Assembly (NCBI GenBank): GCA_950097015.1
Contig: CATNEN010000025.1
Coordinates: forward strand, 4,154,001-4,218,000
DNA from: Macrostomum hystrix
Taxonomy: Eukaryota; Animalia; Platyhelminthes
DNA length: 64,000 nucleotides
Reading direction: 5' to 3'
The notes beneath the pieces were generated by a model. The model ran no database searches, had not been told where the DNA came from, and saw only the letters and a list, made by a program, of their open reading frames with translations. A program made the position numbers and the translations under genes. Below, in pieces: positions 1 through 15,000 of the stretch (its first letter is position 1; every line of letters begins with the position of its first letter).

Positions 1-3000
1 CTGTGAGATTTGCGAAGCTGTGAGATTTGTGTAGCTGTGAGATTTGTGTAGCTGTGAGATTTGCTAAGCTGTGAGATTTGTGTAGCTGTGAGATTTGCTA
101 AGCTGTGAGATTTGTGTAGCTGTGAGATTTGTGAAGCTGTGAGATTTGTGTAGCTGTGAGATTTGCTAAGCTGTGAGATTTGTGTAGCTGTGAGATTTGC
201 GAAGCTGTGAGATTTGTGAAGCTGTGAGATTTGCGAAGCTGTGAGATTTGTGTAGCTGTGAGATTTGTGTAGCTGTGAGATTTGTGTAGCTGTGAGATTT
301 GCGAAGCTGTGAGATTTGTGTAGCTGGGAGATTTGTGAAGCTGTGAGATTTGTGTAGCTGTGAGATTTGTGTAGCTGTGAGATTTGTGTAGCTGTGAGAT
401 TTGCTAAGCTGTGAGATTTGTGTAGCTGTGAGATTTGCTAAGCTGTGAGATTTGTGTAGCTGTGAGATTTGTGAAGCTGTGAGATTTGTGTAGCTGTGAG
501 ATTTGTGTAGCTGTGAGATTTGTGTAGCTGTGAGATTTGCTAAGCTGTGAGATTTGTGTAGCTGTGAGATTTGCTAAGCTGTGAGATTTGTGTAGCTGTG
601 AGATTTGCTAAGCTGTGAGATTTGTGTAGCTGTGAGATTTGTGAAGCTGTGAGATTTGTGTAGCTGTGAGATTTGCTAAGCTGTGAGATTTGTGTAGCTG
701 TGAGATTTGCGAAGCTGTGAGATTTGTGAAGCTGTGAGATTTGCGAAGCTGTGAGATTTGTGTAGCTGTGAGATTTGTGTAGCTGTGAGATTTGTGTAGC
801 TGTGAGATTTGTGTAGCTGTGAGATTTGTGTAGCTGTGAGATTTGCGAAGCTGTGAGATTTGTGTAGCTGGGAGATTTGTGAAGCTGTGAGATTTGTGAA
901 GCTGTGAAGCTGTGAGATTTGCGAAGCTGTGAAGCTGTGAGATTAGTGAAGCTGTGTAGCTGTGAGATTTGTGTAGCTGTGAGATTTGTGTAGCTGTGAG
1001 ATTTGTGAAGCTGTGAGATTTGCGAAGCTGTGAGATTTGTGTAGCTGTGAGATTTGCTAAGCTGTGAGATTTGTGTAGCTGTGAGATTTGCTAAGCTGTG
1101 AGATTTGTGTAGCTGTGAGATTTGTGTAGCTGTGAGATTTGCTAAACTGTGAGATTTGTGTAGCTGTGAGATTTGCGAAGCTGTGAGATTTGCGAAGCTG
1201 TGAGATTTGTGTAGCTGTGAGATTTGTGTAGCTGTGAGATTTGCTAAGCTGTGAGATTTGTGTAGCTGTGAGATTTGCGAAGCTGTGAGATTTGTGAAGC
1301 TGTGAAGCTGTGAGATTTGCGAAGCTGTGAGATTTGTGTAGCTGTGAGATTTGTGTAGCTGTGAGATTTGCTAAGCTGTGAGATTTGTGTAGCTGTGAGA
1401 TTTGTTAAGCTCTGAGATTTGTGTAGCTGTGAGATTTGTGAAGCTGTGAGATTTGTGTAGCTGTGAGATTTGTGTAGCTGTGAGATTTGCGAAGCTGTGA
1501 GATTTGTGAAGCTGTGAGATTTGCGATGCTGTGAGATTTGCGAAGCTGTGAGATTTGTGAAGCTGTGAGATTTGTGTAGCTGTGAGATTTGCTAAGCTGT
1601 GAGATTTGTGTAGCTGTGAGATTTGCGAAGCTGTGAGATTTGTGTAGCTGTGAGATTTGTGTAGCTGTGAGATTTGTGTAGCTGTGAGATTTGTGTAGCT
1701 GTGAGATTTGCTAAGCTGTGAGATTTGTGTAGCTGTGAGATTTGCTAAGCTGTGAGATTTGTGTAGCTGTGAGATTTGTGAAGCTGTGAGATTTGTGTAG
1801 CTGTGAGATTTGCTAAGCTGTGAGATTTGTGTAGCTGTGAGATTTGCGAAGCTGTGAGATTTGTGAAGCTGTGAGATTTGCGAAGCTGTGAGATTTGTGT
1901 AGCTGTGAGATTTGTGTAGCTGTGAGATTTGTGTAGCTGTGAGATTTGCGAAGCTGTGAGATTTGTGTAGCTGGGAGATTTGTGAAGCTGTGAGATTTGT
2001 GTAGCTGTGAGATTTGTGTAGCTGTGAGATTTGTGTAGCTGTGAGATTTGCTAAGCTGTGAGATTTGTGTAGCTGTGAGATTTGCTAAGCTGTGAGATTT
2101 GTGTAGCTGTGAGATTTGTGAAGCTGTGAGATTTGTGTAGCTGTGAGATTTGTGTAGCTGTGAGATTTGTGTAGCTGTGAGATTTGCTAAGCTGTGAGAT
2201 TTGTGTAGCTGTGAGATTTGCTAAGCTGTGAGATTTGTGTAGCTGTGAGATTTGCTAAGCTGTGAGATTTGTGTAGCTGTGAGATTTGTGAAGCTGTGAG
2301 ATTTGTGTAGCTGTGAGATTTGCTAAGCTGTGAGATTTGTGTAGCTGTGAGATTTGCGAAGCTGTGAGATTTGTGAAGCTGTGAGATTTGCGAAGCTGTG
2401 AGATTTGTGTAGCTGTGAGATTTGTGTAGCTGTGAGATTTGTGTAGCTGTGAGATTTGTGTAGCTGTGAGATTTGTGTAGCTGTGAGATTTGCGAAGCTG
2501 TGAGATTTGTGTAGCTGGGAGATTTGTGAAGCTGTGAGATTTGTGAAGCTGTGAAGCTGTGAGATTTGCGAAGCTGTGAAGCTGTGAGATTAGTGAAGCT
2601 GTGTAGCTGTGAGATTTGTGTAGCTGTGAGATTTGTGTAGCTGTGAGATTTGTGAAGCTGTGAGATTTGCGAAGCTGTGAGATTTGTGTAGCTGTGAGAT
2701 TTGCTAAGCTGTGAGATTTGTGTAGCTGTGAGATTTGCTAAGCTGTGAGATTTGTGTAGCTGTGAGATTTGCGAAGCTGTGAGATTTGTGTAGCTGTGAG
2801 ATTTGTGTAGCTGTGAGATTTGTGTAGCTGTGAGATTTGCGAAGCTGTGAGATTTGTGAAGCTGTGAGATTTGCGAAGCTGTGAGATTTGTGTAGCTGTG
2901 AGATTTGCGAAGCTGTGAGATTTGTGAAGCTGTGAAGCTGTGAGACTTGCGAAGCTGTGAGATTTGTGTAGCTGTGAGATTTGTGTAGCTGTGAGATTTG

Positions 3001-6000
3001 CTAAGCTGTGAGATTTGTGTAGCTGTGAGATTTGCGAAGCTGTGAGATTTGTGAAGCTGTGAAGCTGTGAGATTTGCGAAGCTGTGAGATTTGTGTAGCT
3101 GTGAGATTTGTGTAGCTGTGAGATTTGCTAAGCTGTGAGATTTGTGTAGCTGTGAGATTTGCGAAGCTGTGAGATTTGCGAAGCTGTGAGATTTGTGTAG
3201 CTGTGAGATTTGTGTAGCTGTGAGATTTGCTGTGCTGTGAGATTTGTGTAGCTGTGAGATTTGCGAAGCTGTGAGATTTGTGAAGCTGTGAAGCTGTGAG
3301 ATTTGCGAAGCTGTGAGATTTGTGTAGCTGTGAGATTTGTGTAGCTGTGAGATTTGCGTAGCTGTGAGATTTGTGTAGCTGTGAGATTTGCTAAGCTGTG
3401 AGATTTGTGTAGCTGTGAGATTTGTGAAGCTGTGAGATTTGTGTAGCTGTGAGATTTGTGAAGCTGTGAGATTTGTGAAGCTGTGAGATTTGTGTCGCTG
3501 TGAGATTTGCTAAGCTGTGAGATTTGTGTAGCTGTGAGATTTGTGAAGCTGTGAGATTTGTGAAGCTGTGAGATTTGCGAAGCTGTGAGATTTGTGTAGC
3601 TGTGAGATTTGCGTAGCTGTGAGATTTGTGTAGCTGTGAGATTTGCGAAGCTGTGAGATTTGTGAAGCTGTGAAGCTGTGAGATTTGCGAAGCTGTGAGA
3701 TTTGTGTAGCTGTGAGATTTGTGTAGCTGTGAGATTTGCTAAGCTGTGAGATTTGTGTAGCTGTGAGATTTGCGAAGCTGTGAGATTTGTGAAGCTGTGA
3801 AGCTGTGAGATTTGCGAAGCTGTGAGATTTGTGTAGCTGTGAGATTTGTGTAGCTGTGAGATTTGCTAAGCTGTGAGATTTGTGTAGCTGTGAGATTTGC
3901 GAAGCTGTGAGATTTGCGAAGCTGTGAGATTTGTGTAGCTGTGAGATTTGTGTAGCTGTGAGATTTGCTAAGCTGTGAGATTTGTGTAGCTGTGAGATTT
4001 GTGAAGCTGTGAGATTTGTGAAGCTGTGAGATTTGCGAAGCTGTGAGATTTGTGTAGCTGTGAGATTTGCGTAGCTGTGAGATTTGTGTAGCTGTGAGAT
4101 TTGCGAAGCTGTGAGATTTGTGAAGCTGTGAGATTTGTGTAGCTGTGAGATTTGTGTAGCTGTGAGATTTGCGAAGCTGTGAGATTTGTGAAGCTGTGAG
4201 ATTTGTGTGGCTGTGAGATTTGTGTAGCTGTGAGATTTGCGAAGCTGTGAGATTTGCGAAGCTGTGAGATTTGTGAAGCTGTGAGATTTGCGAAGCTGTG
4301 AGATTTGTGTAGCTGTGAGATTTGCGAAGCTGTGAGATTTGTGTAGCTGTGAGATTTGCGAAGCTGTGAGATTTGTGTAGCTGTGAGATTTGCGAAGCTG
4401 TGAGATTTGCGAAGCTGTGAGATTTGTGAAGCTGTGAGATTTGCGAAGCTGTGAGATTTGCGAAGCTGTGAGATTTGTGTAGCTGTGAGATTTGTGTAGC
4501 TGTGAGATTTGCTAAGCTGTGAGATTTGTGAAGCTGTGAGATTTGTGAAGCTGTGAGATTTGCGAAGCTGTGAGATTTGTGTAGCTGTGAGATTTGCGAA
4601 GCTGTGAGATTTGCGAAGCTGTGAGATTTGTGAAGCTGTGAGATTTGCGAAGCTGTGAGATTTGCGAAGCTGTGAGATTTGTGTAGCTGTGAGATTTGCT
4701 AAGCTGTGAGATTTGTGTAGCTGTGAGATTTGTGAAGCTGTGAGATTTGTGAAGCTGTGAGATTTGCGAAGCTGTGAGATTTGTGTAGCTGTGAGATTTG
4801 CGTAGCTGTGAGATTTGTGTAGCTGTGAGATTTGCGAAGCTGTGAGATTTGTGAAGCTGTGAAGCTGTGAGATTTGCGAAGCTGTGAGATTTGTGTAGCT
4901 GTGAGATTTGTGTAGCTGTGAGATTTGCTAAGCTGTGAGATTTGTGTAGCTGTGAGATTTGCGAAGCTGTGAGATTTGTGAAGCTGTGAAGCTGTGAGAT
5001 TTGCGAAGCTGTGAGATTTGTGTAGCTGTGAGATTTGTGTAGCTGTGAGATTTGCTAAGCTGTGAGATTTGTGTAGCTGTGAGATTTGCGAAGCTGTGAG
5101 ATTTGCGAAGCTGTGAGATTTGTGTAGCTGTGAGATTTGTGTAGCTGTGAGATTTGCTAAGCTGTGAGATTTGTGTAGCTGTGAGATTTGTGTAGCTGTG
5201 AGATTTGTGTAGCTGTGAGATTTGTGTAGCTGTGAGATTTGCTAAGCTGTGAGATTTGTGTAGCTGTGAGATTTGTGTAGCTGTGAGATTTGCGAAGCTG
5301 TGAGATTTGTGAAGCTGTGAAGCTGTGAGATTTGCGAAGCTGTGAGATTTGTGTAGCTGTGAGATTTGTGTAGCTGTGAGATTTGCTAAGCTGTGAGATT
5401 TGTGTAGCTGTGAGATTTGCTAAGCTGTGAGATTTGTGTAGCTGTGAGATTTGCTAAGCTGTGAGATTTGTGTAGCTGTGAGATTTGTGAAGCTGTGAGA
5501 TTTGTGTAGCTGTGAGATTTGCTAAGCTGTGAGATTTGTGTAGCTGTGAGATTTGCGAAGCTGTGAGATTTGTGTAGCTGTGAGATTTGCGAAACTGTGA
5601 GATTTGTGTAGCTGTGAGATTTGTGTAGCTGTGAGATTTGTGTAGCTGTGAGATTTGCGAAGCTGTGAGATTTGTGTAGCTGGGAGATTTGTGAAGCTGT
5701 GAGATTTGTGTAGCTGTGAGATTTGTGTAGCTGTGAGATTTGTGTAGCTGTGAGATTTGCTAAGCTGTGAGATTTGTGTAGCTGTGAGATTTGCTAAGCT
5801 GTGAGATTTGTGTAGCTGTGAGATTTGTGAAGCTGTGAGATTTGTGTAGCTGTGAGATTTGTGTAGCTGTGAGATTTGTGTAGCTGTGAGATTTGCTAAG
5901 CTGTGAGATTTGTGTAGCTGTGAGATTTGCTAAGCTGTGAGATTTGTGTAGCTGTGAGATTTGCTAAGCTGTGAGATTTGTGTAGCTGTGAGATTTGTGA

Positions 6001-9000
6001 AGCTGTGAGATTTGTGTAGCTGTGAGATTTGCTAAGCTGTGAGATTTGTGTAGCTGTGAGATTTGCGAAGCTGTGAGATTTGTGAAGCTGTGAGATTTGC
6101 GAAGCTGTGAGATTTGTGTAGCTGTGAGATTTGTGTAGCTGTGAGATTTGTGTAGCTGTGAGATTTGTGTAGCTGTGAGATTTGTGTAGCTGTGAGATTT
6201 GCGAAGCTGTGAGATTTGTGTAGCTGGGAGATTTGTGAAGCTGTGAGATTTGTGAAGCTGTGAAGCTGTGAGATTTGCGAAGCTGTGAAGCTGTGAGATT
6301 AGTGAAGCTGTGTAGCTGTGAGATTTGTGTAGCTGTGAGATTTGTGTAGCTGTGAGATTTGTGAAGCTGTGAGATTTGCGAAGCTGTGAGATTTGTGTAG
6401 CTGTGAGATTTGTGTAGCTGTGAGATTTGTGTAGCTGTGAGATTTGCTAAGCTGTGAGATTTGTGTAGCTGTGAGATTTGCGAAGCTGTGAGATTTGTGT
6501 AGCTGTGAGATTTGTGTAGCTGTGAGATTTGTGAAGCTGTGAGATTTGCGAAGCTGTGAGATTTGTGTAGCTGTGAGATTTGCGTAGCTGTGAGATTTGT
6601 GTAGCTGTGAGATTTGCGAAGCTGTGAGATTTGTGAAGCTGTGAAGCTGTGAGATTTGCGAAGCTGTGAGATTTGTGTAGCTGTGAGATTTGTGTAGCTG
6701 TGAGATTTGCTAAGCTGTGAGATTTGTGTAGCTGTGAGATTTGCGAAGCTGTGAGATTTGTGAATCTGTGAAGCTGTGAGATTTGCGAAGCTGTGAGATT
6801 TGTGTAGCTGTGAGATTTGTGTAGCTGTGAGATTTGCTAAGCTGTGAGATTTGTGTAGCTGTGAGATTTGCGAAGCTGTGAGATTTGCGAAGCTGTGAGA
6901 TTTGTGTAGCTGTGAGATTTGTGTAGCTGTGAGATTTGCTAAGCTGTGAGATTTGTGTAGCTGTGAGATTTGCGAAGCTGTGAGATTTGTGAAGCTGTGA
7001 AGCTGTGAGATTTGCGAAGTTGTGAGATTTGTGTAGCTGTGAGATTTGTGTAGCTGTGAGATTTGCTAAGCTGTGAGATTTGTGTAGCTGTGAGATTTGC
7101 TAAGCTGTGAGATTTGTGTAGCTGTGAGATTTGTGAAGCTGTGAGATTTGTGTAGCTGTGAGATTTGTGAAGCTGTAAGATTTGTGAAGCTGTGAGATTT
7201 GTGTGGCTGTGAGATTTGCTAAGCTGTGAGATTTGTGTAGCTGTGAGATTTCTGTAGCTGTGAGATTTGTGAAGCTGTGAGATTTGCGAAGCTGTGAGAT
7301 TTGTGTAGCTGTGAGATTTGCGTAGCTGTGAGATTTGTGTAGCTGTGAGATTTGCGAAGCTGTGAGATTTGTGAAGCTGTGAAGCTGTGAGATTTGCGAA
7401 GCTGTGAGATTTGTGTAGCTGTGAGATTTGTGTAGCTGTGAGATTTGCTAAGCTGTGAGATTTGTGTAGCTGTGAGATTTGCGAAGCTGTGAGATTTGTG
7501 AAGCTGTGAAGCTGTGAGATTTGCGAAGCTGTGAGATTTGTGTAGCTGTGAGATTTGTGTAGCTGTGAGATTTGCTAAGCTGTGAGATTTGTGTAGCTGT
7601 GAGATTTGTGAAGCTGTGAGATTTGTGAAGCTGTGAGATTTGTGTAGCTGTGAGATTTGTGAAGCTGTGAGATTTGTGAAGCTGTGAGATTTGCGAAGCT
7701 GTGAGATTTGTGTAGCTGTGAGATTTGTGTAGCTGTGAGATTTGCTAAGCTGTGAGATTTGTGTAGCTGTGAGATTTGTGAAGCTGTGAGATTTGTGAAG
7801 CTGTGAGATTTGCGAAGCTGTGAGATTTGTGTAGCTGTGAGATTTGCGTAGCTGTGAGATTTGTGTAGCTGTGAGATTTGCGAAGCTGTGAGATTTGTGA
7901 AGCTGTGAAGCTGTGAGATTTGCGAAGCTGTGAGATTTGTGTAGCTGTGAGATTTGTGTAGCTGTGAGATTTGCTAAGCTGTGAGATTTGTGTAGCTGTG
8001 AGATTTGCGAAGCTGTGAGATTTGTGAAGCTGTGAAGCTGTGAGATTTGCGAAGCTGTGAGATTTGTGTAGCTGTGAGATTTGTGTAGCTGTGAGATTTG
8101 CTAAGCTGTGAGATTTGTGTAGCTGTGAGATTTGCGAAGCTGTGAGATTTGCGAAGCTGTGAGATTTGTGTAGCTGTGAGATTTGTGTAGCTGTGAGATT
8201 TGCTAAGCTGTGAGATTTGTGTAGCTGTGAGATTTGCGAAGCTGTGAGATTTGTGAAGCTGTGAAGCTGTGAGATTTGCGAAGCTGTGAGATTTGTGTAG
8301 CTGTGAGATTTGTGTAGCTGTGAGATTTGCTAAGCTGTGAGATTTGTGTAGCTGTGAGATTTGCTAAGCTGTGAGATTTGTGTAGCTGTGAGATTTGTGA
8401 AGCTGTGAGATTTGTGTAGCTGTGAGATTTGTGTAGCTGTGAGATTTGCGAAGCTGTGAGATTTGTGAAGCTGTGAGATTTGCGATGCTGTGAGATTTGC
8501 GAAGCTGTGAGATTTGTGAAGCTGTGAGATTTGTGTAGCTGTGAGATTTGCTAAGCTGTGAGATTTGTGTAGCTGTGAGATTTGCGAAGCTGTGAGATTT
8601 GTGTAGCTGTGAGATTTGTGTAGCTGTGAGATTTGCTAAGCTGTGAGATTTGTGTAGCTGTGAGATTTGCTAAGCTTTGAGATTTGTGTAGCTGTGAGAT
8701 TTGTGAAGCTGTGAGATTTGTGTAGCTGTGAGATTTGCTAAGCTGTGAGATTTGTGTAGCTGTGAGATTTGCGAAGCTGTGAGATTTGTGAAGCTGTGAG
8801 ATTTGCGAAGCTGTGAGATTTGTGTAGCTGTGAGATTTGTGTAGCTGTGAGATTTGTGTAGCTGTGAGATTTGCGAAGCTGTGAGATTTGTGTAGCTGGG
8901 AGATTTGTGAAGCTGTGAGATTTGTGTAGCTGTGAGATTTGTGTAGCTGTGAGATTTGTGTAGCTGTGAGATTTGCTAAGCTGTGAGATTTGTGTAGCTG

Positions 9001-12000
9001 TGAGATTTGCTAAGCTGTGAGATTTGTGTAGCTGTGAGATTTGTGAAGCTGTGAGATTTGTGTAGCTGTGAGATTTGTGTAGCTGTGAGATTTGTGTAGC
9101 TGTGAGATTTGCTAAGCTGTGAGATTTGTGTAGCTGTGAGATTTGCTAAGCTGTGAGATTTGTGTAGCTGTGAGATTTGCTAAGCTGTGAGATTTGTGTA
9201 GCTGTGAGATTTGTGAAGCTGTGAGATTTGTGTAGCTGTGAGATTTGCTAAGCTGTGAGATTTGTGTAGCTGTGAGATTTGCGAAGCTGTGAGATTTGTG
9301 AAGCTGTGAGATTTGCGAAGCTGTGAGATTTGTGTAGCTGTGAGATTTGTGTAGCTGTGAGATTTGTGTAGCTGTGAGATTTGTGTAGCTGTGAGATTTG
9401 TGTAGCTGTGAGATTTGCGAAGCTGTGAGATTTGTGTAGCTGGGAGATTTGTGAAGCTGTGAGATTTGTGAAGCTGTGAAGCTGTGAGATTTGCGAAGCT
9501 GTGAAGCTGTGAGATTAGTGAAGCTGTGTAGCTGTGAGATTTGTGTAGCTGTGAGATTTGCTAAGCTGTGAGATTTGTGTAGCTGTGAGATTTGCGAAGC
9601 TGTGAGATTTGTGAAGCTGTGAAGCTGTGAGATTTGCGAAGCTGTGAGATTTGTGTAGCTGTGAGATTTGTGTAGCTGTGAGATTTGCTAAGCTGTGAGA
9701 TTTGTGTAGCTGTGAGATTTGCGAAGCTGTGAGATTTGCGAAGCTGTGAGATTTGTGTAGCTGTGAGATTTGTGTAGCTGTGAGATTTGCTAAGCTGTGA
9801 GATTTGTGTAGCTGTGAGATTTGTGAAGCTGTGAGATTTGTGAAGCTGTGAGATTTGCGAAGCTGTGAGATTTGTGTAGCTGTGAGATTTGCGTAGCTGT
9901 GAGATTTGTGTAGCTGTGAGATTTGCGAAGCTGTGAGATTTGTGAATCTGTGAAGCTGTGAGATTTGCGAAGCTGTGAGATTTGTGTAGCTGTGAGATTT
10001 GTGTAGCTGTGAGATTTGCTAAGCTGTGAGATTTGTGTAGCTGTGAGATTTGTGAAGCTGTGAGATTTGTGAAGCTGTGAGATTTGTGTAGCTGTGAGAT
10101 TTGTGAAGCTGTGAGATTTGTGAAGCTGTGAGATTTGCGAAGCTGTGAGATTTGCGAAGCTGTGAGATTTGTGTAGCTGTGAGATTTGTGTAGCTGTGAG
10201 ATTTGCTAAGCTGTGAGATTTGTGTAGCTGTGAGATTTGTGAAGCTGTGAGATTTGTGAAGCTGTGAGATTTGCGAAGCTGTGAGATTTGTGTAGCTGTG
10301 AGATTTGCGTAGCTGTGAGATTTGTGTAGCTGTGAGATTTGCGAAGCTGTGAGATTTGTGTAGCTGTGAGATTTGTGTAGCTGTGAGATTTGCTAAGCTG
10401 TGAGATTTGTGTAGCTGTGAGATTTGCGAAGCTGTGAGATTTGTGAAGCTGTGAAGCTGTGAGATTTGCGAAGCTGTGAGATTTGTGTAGCTGTGAGATT
10501 TGTGTAGCTGTGAGATTTGCTAAGCTGTGAGATTTGTGTAGCTGTGAGATTTGCGAAGCTGTGAGATTTGCGAAGCTGTGAGATTTGTGTAGCTGTGAGA
10601 TTTGTGTAGCTGTGAGATTTGCTAAGCTGTGAGATTTGTGTAGCTGTGAGATTTGCGAAGCTGTGAGATTTGTGAAGCTGTGAAGCTGTGAGATTTGCGA
10701 AGCTGTGAGATTTGTGAAGCTGTGAAGCTGTGAGATTTGCGAAGCTGTGAGATTTGCGAAGCTGTGAGATTTGTGTAGCTGTGAGATTTGTGTAGCTGTG
10801 AGATTTGCTAAGCTGTGAGATTTGTGAAGCTGTGAAGCTGTGAGATTTGTTTAGCTGTGAGATTTGTGAAGCTGTGAGATTTGTGTAGCTGTGAGATTTG
10901 TGTAGCTGTGAGATTTGCGAAGCTGTGAGATTTGTGAAGCTGTGAGATTTGTGAAGCTGTGAGATTTGCGTAGCTGTGAGATTTGTGTAGCTGTGAGATT
11001 TGTGTAGCTGTGAGATTTGCGATGCTGTGAGATTTGTGTAGCTGTGAGATTTGTGTAGCTGTGAGATTTGCGATGCTGTGAGATTTGCGAAGCTGTGAGA
11101 TTTGTGAAGCTGTGAGATTTGTGTAGCTGTGAGATTTGCTAAGCTGTGAGATTTGTGTAGCTGTGAGATTTGCGAAGCTGTGAGATTTGTGTAGCTGTGA
11201 GATTTGTGTAGCTGTGAGATTTGCTAAGCTGTGAGATTTGTGTAGCTGTGAGATTTGCTAAGCTGTGAGATTTGTGTAGCTGTGAGATTTGTGAAGCTGT
11301 GAGATTTGTGTAGCTGTGAGATTTGCTAAGCTGTGAGATTTGTGTAGCTGTGAGATTTGCGAAGCTGTGAGATTTGTGAAGCTGTGAGATTTGCGAAGCT
11401 GTGAGATTTGTGTAGCTGTGAGATTTGTGTAGCTGTGAGATTTGTGTAGCTGTGAGATTTGCGAAGCTGTGAGATTTGTGTAGCTGGGAGATTTGTGAAG
11501 CTGTGAGATTTGTGTAGCTGTGAGATTTGTGTAGCTGTGAGATTTGTGTAGCTGTGAGATTTGCTAAGCTGTGAGATTTGTGTAGCTGTGAGATTTGCTA
11601 AGCTGTGAGATTTGTGTAGCTGTGAGATTTGTGAAGCTGTGAGATTTGTGTAGCTGTGAGATTTGTGTAGCTGTGAGATTTGTGTAGCTGTGAGATTTGC
11701 TAAGCTGTGAGATTTGTGTAGCTGTGAGATTTGCTAAGCTGTGAGATTTGTGTAGCTGTGAGATTTGCTAAGCTGTGAGATTTGTGTAGCTGTGAGATTT
11801 GTGAAGCTGTGAGATTTGTGTAGCTGTGAGATTTGCTAAGCTGTGAGATTTGTGTAGCTGTGAGATTTGCGAAGCTGTGAGATTTGTGAAGCTGTGAGAT
11901 TTGCGAAGCTGTGAGATTTGTGTAGCTGTGAGATTTGTGTAGCTGTGAGATTTGTGTAGCTGTGAGATTTGTGTAGCTGTGAGATTTGTGTAGCTGTGAG

Positions 12001-15000
12001 ATTTGCGAAGCTGTGAGATTTGTGTAGCTGGGAGATTTGTGAAGCTGTGAGATTTGTGAAGCTGTGAAGCTGTGAGATTTGCGAAGCTGTGAAGCTGTGA
12101 GATTAGTGAAGCTGTGTAGCTGTGAGATTTGTGTAGCTGTGAGATTTGTGTAGCTGTGAGATTTGTGAAGCTGTGAGATTTGTTTAGCTGTGAGATTTGT
12201 GAAGCTGTGAGATTTGTGTAGCTGTGAGATTTGTGTAGCTGTGAGATTTGCGAAGCTGTGAGATTTGTGAAGCTGTGAGATTTGCGATGCTGTGAGATTT
12301 GCGAAGCTGTGAGATTTGTGAAGCTGTGAGATTTGTGTAGCTGTGAGATTTGCTAAGCTGTGAGATTTGTGTAGCTGTGAGATTTGCGAAGCTGTGAGAT
12401 TTGTGTAGCTGTGAGATTTGTGTAGCTGTGAGATTTGCTAAGCTGTGAGATTTGTGTAGCTGTGAGATTTGCTAAGCTGTGAGATTTGTGTAGCTGTGAG
12501 ATTTGTGAAGCTGTGAGATTTGTGTAGCTGTGAGATTTGCTAAGCTGTGAGATTTGTGTAGCTGTGAGATTTGCGAAGCTGTGAGATTTGTGAAGCTGTG
12601 AGATTTGCGAAGCTGTGAGATTTGTGTAGCTGTGAGATTTGTGTAGCTGTGAGATTTGTGTAGCTGTGAGATTTGCGAAGCTGTGAGATTTGTGTAGCTG
12701 GGAGATTTGTGAAGCTGTGAGATTTGTGTAGCTGTGAGATTTGTGTAGCTGTGAGATTTGTGTAGCTGTGAGATTTGCTAAGCTGTGAGATTTGTGTAGC
12801 TGTGAGATTTGTGAAGCTGTGAGATTTGTGTAGCTGTGAGATTTGTGTAGCTGTGAGATTTGTGTAGCTGTGAGATTTGCTAAGCTGTGAGATTTGTGTA
12901 GCTGTGAGATTTGCTAAGCTGTGAGATTTGTGTAGCTGTGAGATTTGCTAAGCTGTGAGATTTGTGTAGCTGTGAGATTTGTGAAGCTGTGAGATTTGTG
13001 TAGCTGTGAGATTTGCTAAGCTGTGAGATTTGTGTAGCTGTGAGATTTGCGAAGCTGTGAGATTTGTGAAGCTGTGAGATTTGCGAAGCTGTGAGATTTG
13101 TGTAGCTGTGAGATTTGTGTAGCTGTGAGATTTGTGTAGCTGTGAGATTTGTGTAGCTGTGAGATTTGTGTAGCTGTGAGATTTGCGAAGCTGTGAGATT
13201 TGTGTAGCTGGGAGATTTGTGAAGCTGTGAGATTTGTGAAGCTGTGAAGCTGTGAGATTTGCGAAGCTGTGAAGCTGTGAGATTAGTGAAGCTGTGTAGC
13301 TGTGAGATTTGTGTAGCTGTGAGATTTGTGTAGCTGTGAGATTTGTGAAGCTGTGAGATTTGCGAAGCTGTGAGATTTGTGTAGCTGTGAGATTTGTGTA
13401 GCTGTGAGATTTGTGTAGCTGTGAGATTTGCTAAGCTGTGAGATTTGTGTAGCTGTGAGATTTGCGAAGCTGTGAGATTTGTGTAGCTGTGAGATTTGTG
13501 TAGCTGTGAGATTTGTGAAGCTGTGAGATTTGCGAAGCTGTGAGATTTGTGTAGCTGTGAGATTTGTGTAGCTGTGAGATTTGTGTAGCTGTGAGATTTG
13601 TGTAGCTGTGAGATTTGTGTAGCTGTGAGATTTGTGAAGCTGTGAGATTTGTGTAGCTGTGAGATTTGTGAAGCTGTGAGATTTGTGAAGCTGTGAAGCT
13701 GTGAGATTTGCGAAGCTGTGAAGCTGTGAGATTAGTGAAGCTGTGTAGCTGTGAGATTTGTGTAGCTGTGAGATTTGTGTAGCTGTGAGATTTGTGAAGC
13801 TGTGAGATTTGCGAAGCTGTGAGATTTGTGTAGCTGTGAGATTTGTGTAGCTGTGAGATTTGTGTAGCTGTGAGATTTGTGTAGCTGTGAGATTTGTGTA
13901 GCTGTGAGATTTGCGAAGCTGTGAGATTTGTGTAGCTGGGAGATTTGTGAAGCTGTGAGATTTGTGAAGCTGTGAAGCTGTGAGATTTGCGAAGCTGTGA
14001 AGCTGTGAGATTAGTGAAGCTGTGTAGCTGTGAGATTTGTGTAGCTGTGAGATTTGTGTAGCTGTGAGATTTGTGAAGCTGTGAGATTTGTGTAGCTGTG
14101 AGATTTGTGAAGCTGTGAGATTTGTGTAGCTGTGAGATTTGCTAAGCTGTGAGATTTGTGTAGCTGTGAGATTTGCGAAGCTGTGAGATTTGTGAAGCTC
14201 TGAGATTTGCGAAGCTGTGAGATTTGTGAAGCTGTGAGATTTGCGAAGCTGTGAGATTTGTGTAGCTGTGAGATTTGTGAAGCTGTGAGATTTGTGTAGC
14301 TGTGAGATTTGTGTAGCTGTGAGATTTGTGTAGCTGTGAGATTTGTGTAGCTGTGAGATTTGCTAAGCTGTGAGATTTGTGTAGCTGTGAGATTTGCTAA
14401 GCTGTGAGATTTGTGTAGCTGTGAGATTTGCTAAGCTGTGAGATTTGTGTAGCTGTGAGATTTGTGAAGCTGTGAGATTTGTGTAGCTGTGAGATTTGCT
14501 AAGCTGTGAGATTTGTGTAGCTGTGAGATTTGCGAAGCTGTGAGATTTGTGAAGCTGTGAGATTTGCGAAGCTGTGAGATTTGTGTAGCTGTGAGATTTG
14601 TGTAGCTGTGAGATTTGTGTAGCTGTGAGATTTGTGTAGCTGTGAGATTTGTGTAGCTGTGAGATTTGCGAAGCTGTGAGATTTGTGTAGCTGGGAGATT
14701 TGTGAAGCTGTGAGATTTGTGAAGCTGTGAAGCTGTGAGATTTGCGAAGCTGTGAAGCTGTGAGATTAGTGAAGCTGTGTAGCTGTGAGATTTGTGTAGC
14801 TGTGAGATTTGTGTAGCTGTGAGATTTGTGAAGCTGTGAGATTTGCGAAGCTGTGAGATTTGTGTAGCTGTGAGATTTGTGTAGCTGTGAGATTTGTGTA
14901 GCTGTGAGATTTGCTAAGCTGTGAGATTTGTGTAGCTGTGAGATTTGCGAAGCTGTGAGATTTGTGTAGCTGTGAGATTTGTGTAGCTGTGAGATTTGTG